Positions 19,022-30,300 of a stretch of 59,145 nucleotides of DNA are shown one piece after another. The first letter of the stretch is position 1. Each line of letters opens with the position of its first letter. The DNA is from a virus (lineage: Duplodnaviria > Caudoviricetes), in the IMG/VR virus record IMGVR_UViG_3300017722_002103, positions 1 to 59,145 of that record; one strand, 5' to 3'. The notes under the pieces were generated by a model, which searched no databases, was not told the origin of the DNA, and saw only the letters and a list, made by a program, of their open reading frames with translations. The translations under genes were made by a program, and so were the position numbers.

Positions 19022-19516
19022 ATGCTTGTCGCGCTCAAAAAGGAACTCGCGAAAGCTGGCGTCGACGACGAACCGTCGACGCCAGTGTTCAGGATCAAAG
19101 ACCCGAACGCGGGCATCGTGTCGCTGCATCACAACGGCGTCACGGTCGACCTCATGTTCAGCTTTCGGGTCATATCGTTTTTGCAGCGCGATTTCGGCAA
19201 GCCCGGATACCTTCGAACCGTCGCAACCTACCTCGAAGAGCGCGACGTTGACGGGCTCGCCGATCTGATCAGTCGCGCGTCTGGACGCGACACAAAGGAT
19301 CGCGGCGCCAAGGCGATGTCGCTCGAAGACGCGATCGATTGGTCGCCGCCCGTTGTGCCGCTGACTGAAGCGCTCAATCGCGCATGGCTTCTCGCCCTGT
19401 TCGGGCCGGGCATGCGACCTGAAGAGGGGGCAGGCGACAAACCGAGCGAGGGAAAGTTGAGGCGAATGGCGACTTTCTGGAAGTCGCTGTTCGCGAAGCA
19501 CTCAGGGCGGGCATAA
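19022..19516 (+). CDS. tail assembly chaperone (gpG equivalent)
   Basis: Between tube and tape measure; contains in-frame slippery G GGA AAG at 19450-19456. Confidence 0.75.
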   Translation: MLVALKKELAKAGVDDEPSTPVFRIKDPNAGIVSLHHNGVTVDLMFSFRVISFLQRDFGKPGYLRTVATYLEERDVDGLADLISRASGRDTKDRGAKAMSLEDAIDWSPPVVPLTEALNRAWLLALFGPGMRPEEGAGDKPSEGKLRRMATFWKSLFAKHSGRA

Positions 19517-19800
19517 GCTGGGAAGACCTTTGGGAAATGACGCCGTATGCGGCGCTCAAGATAATAGAAGGATATCGCGAGCGCTTATACGATCAACGCG
19601 ATACGGCGACGATCGCGGCATATCAGGGCGAGTATCTGGCACGCGTTAAACAAATGCCAAGCATCGAAGAGCTTCTGGTCGACAGGAAGAACAAGGGACG
19701 AAGGGAACAATCGCCGCTCGAAATTTCGATGAACATAAAAGCTTGGCTCCATAGCAGCGGACACCGCATCGTCGTGGTTCCGAAAGAAGAGGTTAATTAG
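19450..19800 (+). CDS. tail assembly chaperone gpGT C-terminal part, via -1 frameshift
   Basis: The -1 frame is open from 19450 (GKVEANGDFLEVAVREALRAGISWEDLWEMTPY...) and continues into ORF 19537..19800. Confidence 0.75.
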   Translation, partial: GKVEANGDFLEVAVREALRAGISWEDLWEMTPYAALKIIEGYRERLYDQRDTATIAAYQGEYLARVKQMPSIEELLVDRKNKGRREQSPLEISMNIKAWLHSSGHRIVVVPKEEVN

Positions 19801-22694
19801 TGACGGGTCGCGTCAATATCGGCGGCGTTGAAATCGACATCCGGGCCGACGGATCGTTGCTTGTTGCTGATCTGAAGCGCGCCGAAGCGCAGGCCAAGGC
19901 GTTTGCGAATTCCGCATCGGCGAGCATGGGCGCGGTCGGCGCTTCCGTCGGCGGGCTTATGCAGAACGTCAAGCTTCTAGGCGCGTCGCTTCTGACGCTT
20001 GGCGTCGGCGCTGGCTTCGCGTCTAGCATAAAGTTGCTTGCCGACTTCGGGCAGACGATGTCGACCGTTCGTGCGATCACTGGCGCGACCGGCGCGGAAT
20101 TCGCAGCGCTCGAAGCGAGTGCGAAACAGCTTGGCGCGACGACGCGCTTCAGCGCGACGCAGGCGGCGGAAGGCATGGCGCTTCTAGGCCAAGCCGGTTT
20201 CACGACGAATGAAATCCTTTCGGCGATCGGGCCGACGCTCGACCTTGCGCAAGCGGGCGGGCTGGGGCTGGCGCAAGCGGCGGAAATTTCAAGCAGCACG
20301 CTTCGCGGCTTCGGGCTCGAAGTCAGCCAGACGGCGCGCGTGATGGATGTACTCGCGAAGGCGTCCGTCATTTCAAACGCCGACGTCACGTCGCTGGGCG
20401 AGGGCATGAAGTTTGCCGCTCCAACTGCGAAGGCGCTTGGCATCGAACTCGAAGAGGCGACGGCGATTATCGCCAAGCTCGCCGACGCGGGCCTGACAGG
20501 CGGTCTAGGCGGTCGCGGCTTTCAGTCAGTGGCGACGCAGCTTGTTTCGCAGCGCGACAAGATCAAGGCGATCATCGGCGATTATGATCTAGCGACCGAA
20601 GGCATTTCGCAGGTTATCCGCCGACTGACGCAAGCGGGCATCACGACGCAACAGGTTATCGATATTTTTCGCGGCGAAAACCTCGACGTCTTTTCGGTCT
20701 TGCAGGAAGCGACGCGCGAAGCCGGGAAGGGCGTCGACGCTTACCGCGTCGCGCTTGAGAACTCGGAAGGAACCGCGCGCGAAATCTCGAAGGTGATGGA
20801 CGAAAACCTGAACGGCGCGATCTTGCAGGCGTCGTCGTCCTTCGAGGCTCTGGTTCTGGCGATCGGCGAGGCTGGCGCGACCGAAATCCTTATCGGGCTT
20901 TTCCGTTCGCTTGGCGATGCGCTGTCATACGTCGCTGGCTTGATTGGCGATGTCACGAATTCGGTTTCCGAAGGTATTTCGCAAACGGCTGACGAAGCGA
21001 AAGCGTCGATCGACAAGATGGTCGAAACGCAAAACAAGATCGTCAGCGATATCGCCGATCTTACGATCGCGAACGAAACCCTGAACGAAGCGATCAAGGA
21101 TGGCGGGGAAGCCGCGATCATCGCCGCTCAACAGGACGTCAACGCGATCAACTCGCGCATCGTGAAGAACAAGGAACTTTTGAACGTTCTTCGCGCGCAA
21201 GCTCAGATGAAACTGAGGGACGCCGAAGACGCGCTCGCGAAGACGCAGAAGCCGGGCGACGAACTTGATCGCCTGCTATTCAACGTCCCGCAATCCGCCC
21301 CGAAGAAAGTGACTTACCCCGCTGGCGCGCTTGGCAACGGGAGCCCGGAATTCAGCCGGGTCGAACCCGGTCGCGTCCCGAGAAATGACGCCGTCCTTTT
21401 CGGACGCACGACGGCGGGCGCGGTCAACTTTCGCAGCGCGCTCAATCCCGACGGAACCATTTCATCAGACGGAGCGAGGCGCATTGAAGGCGCATACGGC
21501 ACGCGCGAAATGCAAATGGCGAACGCAAAGGCGGCGATCGACGAACAACTGAAGCAGCGAATTCCGCTCACTGATACGCAGCGCTTGCTACAGGATTACA
21601 TCTTCGCGAAGACGACAACGGAAGGAACGATCAAGGGAGCGCTAGACACGCTTGACGCGATCGACGCCGCTGTCGCTGGCGAGACAAGCGTCGTCCTGCC
21701 GGGCGGGACTGCATCGCCAACGAAGGCGGCGTCGAAGCCGGGCGGCGGCGAAAAGCCGAAAAAGGAGCCGCTCGAATTCCAGATTTACACTTCGGCGCTC
21801 GAAGACTACAGGGCCGCGCTCGACGCTATCAACGCGGCGGCGGGAACCGAAGAGGAAAAATCGCGCGGTCGTCTCGCAGCGCTGATCGCGTATAACGACG
21901 CCGTCGAAGACAGCTTGTTGGTTCTAAATGAACTCGCCGCGCTAAACGCTAGCGGCGATCTGCTACCCGATCAAAACCGGGTCATCCAAAAAATTCTCGA
22001 CGACAAGCTTCAAGAGCAACTTAACGACAGGCTCAATCTCGACTTTTCCGAAAGCGACGCAGCCTTCGAGGCAGACGCCGCGAACGCTGCGGACCGCATT
22101 TCGGCGCTAGGCAATCAGGGCGACGGGCGCGAAGGATATTGGGACACCTACGCGAACGACGTCGCCAACGCGACGAAGCGCGGGCTATACGATGCAATCT
22201 CGACGGGCGATTATGGCGACTTGCTCGAAAACGTTATCGGCGATGCTGCGGCGGACGGACTGTCGCGCGCGGTCGATCAGATGGTCGATCTTCTGTTTCA
22301 GCTTCTGTCCGATCAGGACGTCTGGAAAAGCGTATTCGGAAGCGGCGAGCTTGCAAGCGGGATCGGCTCGTTCTTCTCTTCGATCTTCGGCGGCAACAAA
22401 GCGAGCGGCGGCGACATGCGCGCCGGGCGCGCGTATCGCGTCGGCGAAATGGGCGCGGAATTGTTCGTTCCGCGAACTGACGGTTTCATGATCCCCAATC
22501 AGGCGGCGATGACGATCGGCGGCGGAAGCGATCGAAATATCGTGCAGGTCGGCGACACGATCATTCACGTCGGATCGATGGGCGCGGGCGTCACGCTTGA
22601 GCAGCTAGAGCGCACGCTTGCCGCGCACCGTCGCGAGCTTCCGCAGGCGATCGACGCAAGGATCGCGAACCGTCGCATCGTGGGGGCTTACTGA
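19800..22694 (+). CDS. tape measure protein (TP901-type core)
   Basis: 964 aa, Ala-rich helical; LGATTRFSATQAAEGM..LGQAGF and C-terminal ASGG....GRAYRVGEMGAELFVP. Confidence 0.93.
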   Translation: MTGRVNIGGVEIDIRADGSLLVADLKRAEAQAKAFANSASASMGAVGASVGGLMQNVKLLGASLLTLGVGAGFASSIKLLADFGQTMSTVRAITGATGAEFAALEASAKQLGATTRFSATQAAEGMALLGQAGFTTNEILSAIGPTLDLAQAGGLGLAQAAEISSSTLRGFGLEVSQTARVMDVLAKASVISNADVTSLGEGMKFAAPTAKALGIELEEATAIIAKLADAGLTGGLGGRGFQSVATQLVSQRDKIKAIIGDYDLATEGISQVIRRLTQAGITTQQVIDIFRGENLDVFSVLQEATREAGKGVDAYRVALENSEGTAREISKVMDENLNGAILQASSSFEALVLAIGEAGATEILIGLFRSLGDALSYVAGLIGDVTNSVSEGISQTADEAKASIDKMVETQNKIVSDIADLTIANETLNEAIKDGGEAAIIAAQQDVNAINSRIVKNKELLNVLRAQAQMKLRDAEDALAKTQKPGDELDRLLFNVPQSAPKKVTYPAGALGNGSPEFSRVEPGRVPRNDAVLFGRTTAGAVNFRSALNPDGTISSDGARRIEGAYGTREMQMANAKAAIDEQLKQRIPLTDTQRLLQDYIFAKTTTEGTIKGALDTLDAIDAAVAGETSVVLPGGTASPTKAASKPGGGEKPKKEPLEFQIYTSALEDYRAALDAINAAAGTEEEKSRGRLAALIAYNDAVEDSLLVLNELAALNASGDLLPDQNRVIQKILDDKLQEQLNDRLNLDFSESDAAFEADAANAADRISALGNQGDGREGYWDTYANDVANATKRGLYDAISTGDYGDLLENVIGDAAADGLSRAVDQMVDLLFQLLSDQDVWKSVFGSGELASGIGSFFSSIFGGNKASGGDMRAGRAYRVGEMGAELFVPRTDGFMIPNQAAMTIGGGSDRNIVQVGDTIIHVGSMGAGVTLEQLERTLAAHRRELPQAIDARIANRRIVGAY

Positions 22695-23305
22695 TGAGCG
22701 CGGGCGAATTCATTATCACCGATAAACTGAAGTCGATCGTCTGGCCTTCGCCGTCGGAAAGGCAAAGCGCTTACACCGTGCGGGGCGGCAATGATGACGT
22801 GATCACGCTGGGGCGTCCTTATTGGGGGCCGATCAGCTTCGTTTACGAGAACCTAGACAAGACCACGTATCGCGCCCTGACGGCATGGCTCGCCCGGCGC
22901 AAGGGCGCGCGCGTGAGCTTCACGGCGGCTCGCATTTCGCGGCGCGCGCCATTGCTCGCCCCTAACATGACGAATGCCGGGCTTGGCGTGGCGTCTGTGA
23001 ACATTTCAGCGGGGACCGTGAACCTTACCGGCCTAGGATCGAATACCCTCTCACCGGGCGACATGGTGGGTTTCTCGACAGCGGCGAGCGGCTACTGGCT
23101 TGGCGAAACCCTTGCGACGGCGGTTCCGTCAGGCGGCAACGCGACTGTGTCGGTCTGGCCTTACCCGCAAACCCCGCACGCGACGCCGAACGTCAGGCTC
23201 TTCGAGGCGCTGGGCGAATTCAAACTTGCATCGCTACCCCGAAACAGTGAACGAGCAGAAGGGCGCGCAAGCGTTTCATTCGACGCCGTTCAAGTTGTCA
23301 GGTAG
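22694..23305 (+). CDS. distal tail protein
   Basis: Immediately after the tape measure gene; AWLARRKG motif. Confidence 0.65.
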   Translation: MSAGEFIITDKLKSIVWPSPSERQSAYTVRGGNDDVITLGRPYWGPISFVYENLDKTTYRALTAWLARRKGARVSFTAARISRRAPLLAPNMTNAGLGVASVNISAGTVNLTGLGSNTLSPGDMVGFSTAASGYWLGETLATAVPSGGNATVSVWPYPQTPHATPNVRLFEALGEFKLASLPRNSERAEGRASVSFDAVQVVR

Positions 23306-23307
23306 GA

Positions 23308-23979
23308 ATGCCGATCCCTCTAACGACAGACGTCAGGAACGCAGCAGCAGCGCGGGAAAAAGCTTCCGCGTGGTTCTTCGAACTGTTCTGCGATGAGGGG
23401 ACGTTGCGCGCATGGGATCAGAACGAAACGATCACATTCGACGGGCAGAGCTTCGAGCCGATCGGCACGACGGGCAGGATCGAAGGCGAAATTCGGTCAA
23501 GCTCAAATCTGGTCGCCGAACCCCTGATGATCGTTCTCGACGGCGGCAAGCAATTCGACGACGCAAGCTTCGTCGGGCGCTTGCTCGACCGAAGCTGGCA
23601 TCGTCGCGAAGTGCGCGTTCGGCAAGTCTTGTTCAACATATCGACGAACTTCGTCACGTCGATCGGAACCGCGTTCGATTGGCTGGGCCATATGGACACG
23701 ATACAAGCGCCGCTAGGCGTCGGCGCTGAACCGAACGTTATTCTCACCTGCTATTCTGGAACCTTCCTTGCGCGCTCGCGCACGCTTCGCACCGTGTCCG
23801 ATATTGATCAGAAGATGCGCGACGCAACCGACGCGAGCTTTCGCAACATCGCCGTTAAGCCAAGGCAAGACATCCCGTTCGGCACAAGCTGGTCAACCGT
23901 TCCGGGCGTCAACACTGGCGCGGGCGGACAGGTAAGCGGCGACACAACCGGGAGCAAATACGGCGGGGTCAACCGATGA
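23308..23979 (+). CDS. minor tail (hub/gpL-like) protein
   Basis: Synteny; TITFDGQSFEPIG and SDIDQKMR...D..F motifs. Confidence 0.65.
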   Translation: MPIPLTTDVRNAAAAREKASAWFFELFCDEGTLRAWDQNETITFDGQSFEPIGTTGRIEGEIRSSSNLVAEPLMIVLDGGKQFDDASFVGRLLDRSWHRREVRVRQVLFNISTNFVTSIGTAFDWLGHMDTIQAPLGVGAEPNVILTCYSGTFLARSRTLRTVSDIDQKMRDATDASFRNIAVKPRQDIPFGTSWSTVPGVNTGAGGQVSGDTTGSKYGGVNR

Positions 23980-24386
23980 GCCGCGTACAGGGATGGGAGC
24001 AAGCCCTTGTCCGTTGCACGATCGCGAAGATGCGCGAGCCGTGGCGCTGGGGCTGGCATGATTGCGCGATCTTCGCGGCTGACTGCATTCTCGCCGTGAC
24101 GGGCGACGACATGGCTGAAGAGTTTCGCGGCAAGTATGAAACCGAAAGCGAGGCTTGGCATTTTCTGGCTTCGCTTGGATACGAAGACCTAGGCCAGCTT
24201 GCGTCGGCGCGGCTTCCCGAGATCAAGCCGCGCGACGCCGGTCGCGGCGATGTCGTGCTAGCCAAGGGCGAGCTTGGCGACTTTCTCGCGATCTGCGATG
24301 GGCCGACCATTATCGGGCCGGTCGCGCCGCGCGGAATTCGTCACTCGCCGATCAACATCGCCTTGCGCGCTTGGAGGGTCGGATAA
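23976..24386 (+). CDS. tail-tip NlpC/P60-like assembly protein (DUF6950-like)
   Basis: PWRWGWHDCAIFAADCILAVTG.D and AGRGDVV motifs. Confidence 0.8.
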   Translation: MSRVQGWEQALVRCTIAKMREPWRWGWHDCAIFAADCILAVTGDDMAEEFRGKYETESEAWHFLASLGYEDLGQLASARLPEIKPRDAGRGDVVLAKGELGDFLAICDGPTIIGPVAPRGIRHSPINIALRAWRVG

Positions 24387-27300
24387 ATGCCGCAGGCAAT
24401 TCCCGCAATTGCGGCTCTGGCCCTTCACGCGGTCGAGGGCGTCGCTTGGGTAAACAAACTCGCGCAAGCGCTGACGGTCGTCGCGGCTTCGCAGGCCGTC
24501 GACGCGGTCGTGAAGAACAACTCGAAGCCGCGCGAACAAGGCGGACTGATCAACCTCGAACTCAATCCCTCGCCGCCTCGCCGCCTCGTCATCGGGAAGC
24601 GCGCGGTCGGCGGGACGCTTGTCGATTGGTATCTCGGCAGCACGAACAACACGAAGCTTTACTTGCCGATCTACATCAGCGAGGGGCCTTGCGGAACGAT
24701 CACGAAAGTATGGGCGGGCGGTCGCGTGGTCTGGTCGACGCCGCTTGTGCATGGCGTGCGAACCGCGATCCCTGACTTCCGGTCGGGCGGCGATCGCGTT
24801 TGGCTGACGTATTACGACGGGCGCGTCGGGCAAACAGCAGACGCGACGCTTGTCGCCTTGGGGCAGGGATGGACGTCCGCGAACAAGATGACGGGATGCG
24901 CTTACGTCGTCGTCGAACTGCAATGGGATAGCGACAACCTTCGCACGCCTCCCGCGTTCGTCTTCGAGCATGAGGGCGCGAAACTTTACGATCGCCGGAA
25001 GGACAGCACGGCGGGCGGGAGCGGACTGCATCGCCTCACCGATCCGTCGACTTGGGAGCTTGGCGACAGTGAAGGCGCAAACCCGATGGTTTCGCTTGAT
25101 CACTTTCAGCTAGGCCGCTTCTGGAACGGGCAACGCGTCTTCGGCATCGGCATGCCGTCGAAGTTTGTCCCTTACGATAAATTCGCAGCGCAAGCGAACG
25201 TCTGCGATGAGAACGTCGCGAAGAAAGCGGGCGGGACGCAGAAGCGATATAGGGCAAACGGCGTCATCACCGCTAACGAAGCTTGGGATGAAATCGTCAA
25301 GCGGCATTGCACCGCGATGTGCGCTCAACCGGCTGACTTCGGCGGACGCGTCGGCGTGATCGGTATCGAAGCGAGAACGCCGGTTATGGACATCAGCGAC
25401 GACGAAGTCGTCGACATGGCGTCAGAAGTCTACATCCCGAAGCGCACGTTCGGAAATCTGGTCGGCGTCGTGCGGGGCAAGTATCAGGAACCGGAACAAG
25501 TCTATCAGCCCGTTCCCTATGCCGAAGTGAATGATCCCGCATGGGATACGCAAGACGCAGCCGAGCCGCGCGAATTCAACTTCGACTTGGACTTTGAGAC
25601 GAATAGCGAAAGGGCCGAACGGCTCGCGACGCTGAAAGCCAAGTATGAGCGGCGGCAAGCGACGCTGACGGGCGTCTATCCTTACAATACGATCGAGCTA
25701 GAGCGCGGCGATTGGTTCGTTCGCTCTGGCGCGGCGGGCTCGCGCTTCGGCGTCACCGGAAAAACGTTCGAAGTGATGGAACGAATTTTCGACCCCGAAA
25801 CTTTCACGGTCACGATCAACGCACAGGAAGTAGACCCCGCCGACAGCGCTTGGAACGAAAGCCTTGCAGCCGATCCGCCTCCCGCGCCGCTGTCATCAAC
25901 GGCGGCGCTGTCCGCTATTCAGGTTCCGGCGATCACGGTCACGGCGATATCTTTGACCGGAACGCTTTCATCGGTTCCCGCGCTTCGCGTCGCTTGGACA
26001 GCGCCAACCGATCCGCGCGTTCGCTTCCTGTATGTCGAAGTCGAGAACACCGACGGCACGACGCCGAAGACGGCGAAGACGGTCGCGATCCCGAGCGATG
26101 CAAACTTCATCGTGATTTCGGAGGGCGTCGCCGACGGCGAAGAGTATGGAGTTTCCGCGAAGTTTCTTTCGGACACTTTGCAATCCGAATGGTGCATCGC
26201 CGCGATCGTCTTCAGTAGTGGCGCGTTTGCGACCGGCGCTGCGTCTTCGGTTCCGTGGTCGGGCGTCACTGGCGCGGGCAAGCCGGAAGACAACGCGACA
26301 GTCGGCGGAACCTTCGGCGTCAACATCAGAGAAACCGCAGGCGGCGCGACGGCGCTTCTGTCGGCGTTCAAAACGATCCTAGGCCAAGCCGCGACGATCA
26401 CGTCGCAAGGCGCGTTTGCGACCGTCAACACTGCCGCTTATGGCTCTGGATTGTTGACCGGCTTCGGATCGCTTGCCGCGCTCGCCTTCACGACGTTCGG
26501 AACGAACGTTCGTCGCGCGGACGGAACCACGATCGTGACGGACGCGCTCGCGATCACATCGCTTGGACAGGCGGCGACGATCGCGGGGCAAGGGGCGCTA
26601 GCTACGCTCGCGCAAGTCAACCTTGGAGTATCGGGGCGCGTTTATCGCGACGACGGCGTGACGCGCCTTACTGATGCAATCGCCGTCACATCTCTAGGGC
26701 AGGCCGCGACGATAGCGTCGCAGGGGGCGCTTGCCACATTGGGCCAAGTCAACCTTGGCGTATCTGGAAGGGTTTATCGGGACGACGGAACAACGCGCCT
26801 GACTGATGCAATCGCCGTCACGTCGCTTGGACAGGCGGCGACGATCGCGGGTCAGGGCGCGTTCGCGACGATCAGCAGCGCCGCTTATGGCTCTGGATTG
26901 TTGACCGGCTTCGGATCGCTTGCCGCGCTCGCCTTCACGACGTTCGGAACGAACGTTCGCAGGGCTGACGGAACAACGATCGTGACGGATGCGCTAGCGA
27001 TCACGTCGCTTGGGCAAGCGGCGACGATCGCGGGTCAAGGAAGCTTGGCGACGCAAAACCTTGTGTCGAGCGCACTGCTTGCGGCGGGCGTCGGCAAAAA
27101 CGCGATGTATGATACGCGCTTCGCGCTCGACTTCGCGAACAACTTTCGCGGTACCGCTCAGTCGGGAACACCTACCTTCACAACCGCGACAAGCGCTTCG
27201 GGCGTGGAATATCTTCAACTCACTGGCGCGGGCGTCACGGTCGGGAACATAATCACGATCGACGATTATCCGCGTCGCGCGCTCTTCCCGGTCAAGGCTG

Positions 27301-30300
27301 GCGAGATTGTCGAAGCTCACGGGCTTATCGGCGGCGCGAACTGTTCAGCGTTCTTTGCGCGCATAACTTGGCGCGATGCGGCGAGCGTATTTCTTAGCGT
27401 CTCGACGGGCTCTTCGGTTGCATCGCCGGGCGCGGGCGGCGGCGACGTTTCGACATATACGAAGGTCGGCGTTATCGCGGCAGCGCCAGCGAACGCCGTT
27501 TATGCGCAAGTCGAATTCATCGGGACGGCTTCGACAGCCGCGCCGCAAATTCGCGTCGCGCGTCCATTCAAGACGCTCGCGAAAGCAGGGCAAACGGAAT
27601 TCTCGGAATGGGGGCCGGGCATCGAAGCCGAAGTCGGGGCCGACGTCACTTCAGCAAACCAAGCCGCGACGATCACCGGGCAAGGCGCGCTCGCCACATT
27701 GGGCCAAGTCAACCTTGGCGCCTCTGGCCGGGTCTATCGCGATGACGGAACGACGCGCTTGACGGATGCGCTCGCGGTCACATCGTTGGGCCAAGCGGCG
27801 ACGATCGCGGGGCAAGGGGCATTCGCAACCGTTAGCAGCGTCGCGAACGGCAGCGCATTTTTGACCGGCTTCGGCGGATTGTCTTCGCTCGCCTTCACGA
27901 CGCTTGGAACCAACGTTCGCCAATCGAACCAAATTACGATCGTAACCGATGCGACTGCGATCACGTCGCTAGGCCAAGCGGCGACGATCAGCGGACAAGG
28001 AACCGGCGCGACTGCGAACAACCTCGCCGGATTGAACGCGACGGATAATGCGAACCTGAATTCGGCGCTCGCAGGCATTCGTCGGATCGGCGACGTCAGC
28101 AATTTCGCGAATGACGGATTGCATTGGACGACGACGTTCGGCGGGACACCCGACGCCGCAGCCGATCCCGTCGCCGATGGATATTTCGACGTCCCCGACA
28201 TTGGGCGCGTCATCAGGCTTTCGGCGACGGCGTATCTCACGAAAAAATCCGTCTTCAAGCCTATCGAGGGTCGGCGCTATCTGCAAATCGTCAGGCTTCG
28301 CGCGCACACGAACCCGTCGTCGGGCGTGATGACTGCGGCGCTTTCGAATATCAACGGTCTGGATATAAATTACGCTCACGGGCCGGGCGTTGCTTCGGCA
28401 ACGATCACGCCGCCGAACGCGATCTTTCAGAAAGCGAGCTTCGTCACCGCTGACGGATGGATCACGCTGGCGCGCGTTTGGGTAGCGGGCGCGGCGTCGA
28501 CATATAACGCTTACTGGCGTCTTCGCCTCGACATCACGCAAACCGGCGCGGGCGGGAAAGTGGAAGTCGCCGCCTTCGACGTTCTCGACGTAACCGACAT
28601 GCCGGTCGGGCGTTCGCTCGCCGATCTTTTCCGCGCCGATGGAACGACGGCGCTAACCGACGCGACTGTCGTCACGTCGCTAGGCCAAGCGGCGACGATC
28701 AGCGGACAGGGCGCGCTAGCGACGCTGAACCAAACGAACCTAGGCGCGAGCGGTCGCGTCTATCGCGACGACGGCGTCACACGCCTGACGGATGCGCTCG
28801 CGGTCACGTCGCTTGGACAGGCAGCGACGATCGCCGGTCAAGGCGCACTTGCGACGAAAGCGACGATCGACAGCACGGCGTTGATGGGAAGCCAAGTCGT
28901 CAGCTACACCGCATTAACGACAACCGCTGTCCGACTTGGGACGAACATCACGCGCGCTGACGGCACGACGTCCGTCACGGATGCGACTGCGATCACATCG
29001 CTTGGACAGGCAGCAACGATAGCGGGCCAAGGATCGTTCGCGACACTCAGTAGCGCGTCACGAACGGGCGGATTGCTGACGGACTTCGGATCGCTTGCGG
29101 GACTTAGCAACGCCCTTGGCCTGCAAGCCGGATCGATCACGGGGCAGGGATGGGGCGCAACGGCGAGCGAAGCCAACGCGTCGAACGCGCAAATTCCGCT
29201 TGGCGAAAACCTTCTCGTCAACACCGATTGGCAAGAGGGAATTGACGGATGGGCGCAAGGCTGGACAGGGGATAGCGGACTTGGCGTCACTCAGGGCATG
29301 GCGCTTTCCGGCTGGACCGGCTTCGTAAGAACTAGTTACGTCACGATCGCAGGAACGCCCGCGATCAATACCGTCGCCGACAGCTTGACGCAAAAGACAT
29401 ACGCAAACCTCGCCGACTTGCGTCGATACTCGCCGCGCGTCCGGGTCGGCGATCGCTTATGGGTCGGAAGCTACGCGGCGGGGCATCGTTGTCGCTGCGT
29501 CGTTATCGTTTGCTGGTTCGATGAAAACGGCGCGATCATTTCCAGCATCGAAGTCGGGAGAACAACTAGCGACAATACGCCGGGCGGCTTTGCAAACGGT
29601 CGCCTAGAAAATGCGGAGCGCATCGGCAGCTTTATAACCGTTCCCGCCTCCACATGTTACATGCAGATCATTCACCGGCTGGTTTCGGTCGGCGGCGTCG
29701 CCGATCCTTATGCGTTCTTCGGCTTCCCGATGGTCGCGAAGGTTTCGTCGGTTCAGACTGTCGCGCCCGCATACGTGACGGGCAAGGCCGATCGATACGT
29801 CGACTACACGCCAGAAAATCAGGCCGCGTCTTTCTCCGGGCAAGCGGCGCTCGCAACGCTTTCATTCGTTCAACTGTCTTCGAACGTGCGACTTGCAGAC
29901 GGAACGACAATCGCAACAAATGCTTTGCTAGTTACATCGCAGGGCCAAGCGGCAACGATAGCGGGGCAGGGCGCGCTTGCGACGAAGAACCAAGCCGCAG
30001 CGGACGACATCAACGTTTCGAGCCTATCCGCCATCAGCGCCAATCTAGGCAACATCACATCAGGCGCGATCGATCTTACAGCGAATAACTACGTTGTCAG
30101 GCATGGGGCTGGATTTGGGGCGTCGTCTGACCTTGTGATGTGGTACGGTCTTGCGTCGATCGCACGATCGTCCGCAACAAAAACAAACGGCGTCTTCACG
30201 CTCGCGACAGACGGAAAGGTTTATTTCGGGGCATCCGAGCTAACAAGTTCATCGCCGTTAAACGCGACAATGACTGAAGATTACTTGGCCTACCATAACA

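Noticed and set aside
26433-26959. Direct repeats as a DGR template/variable repeat pair
   Set aside because: The copies are identical with no adenine-specific differences, and no reverse transcriptase is encoded
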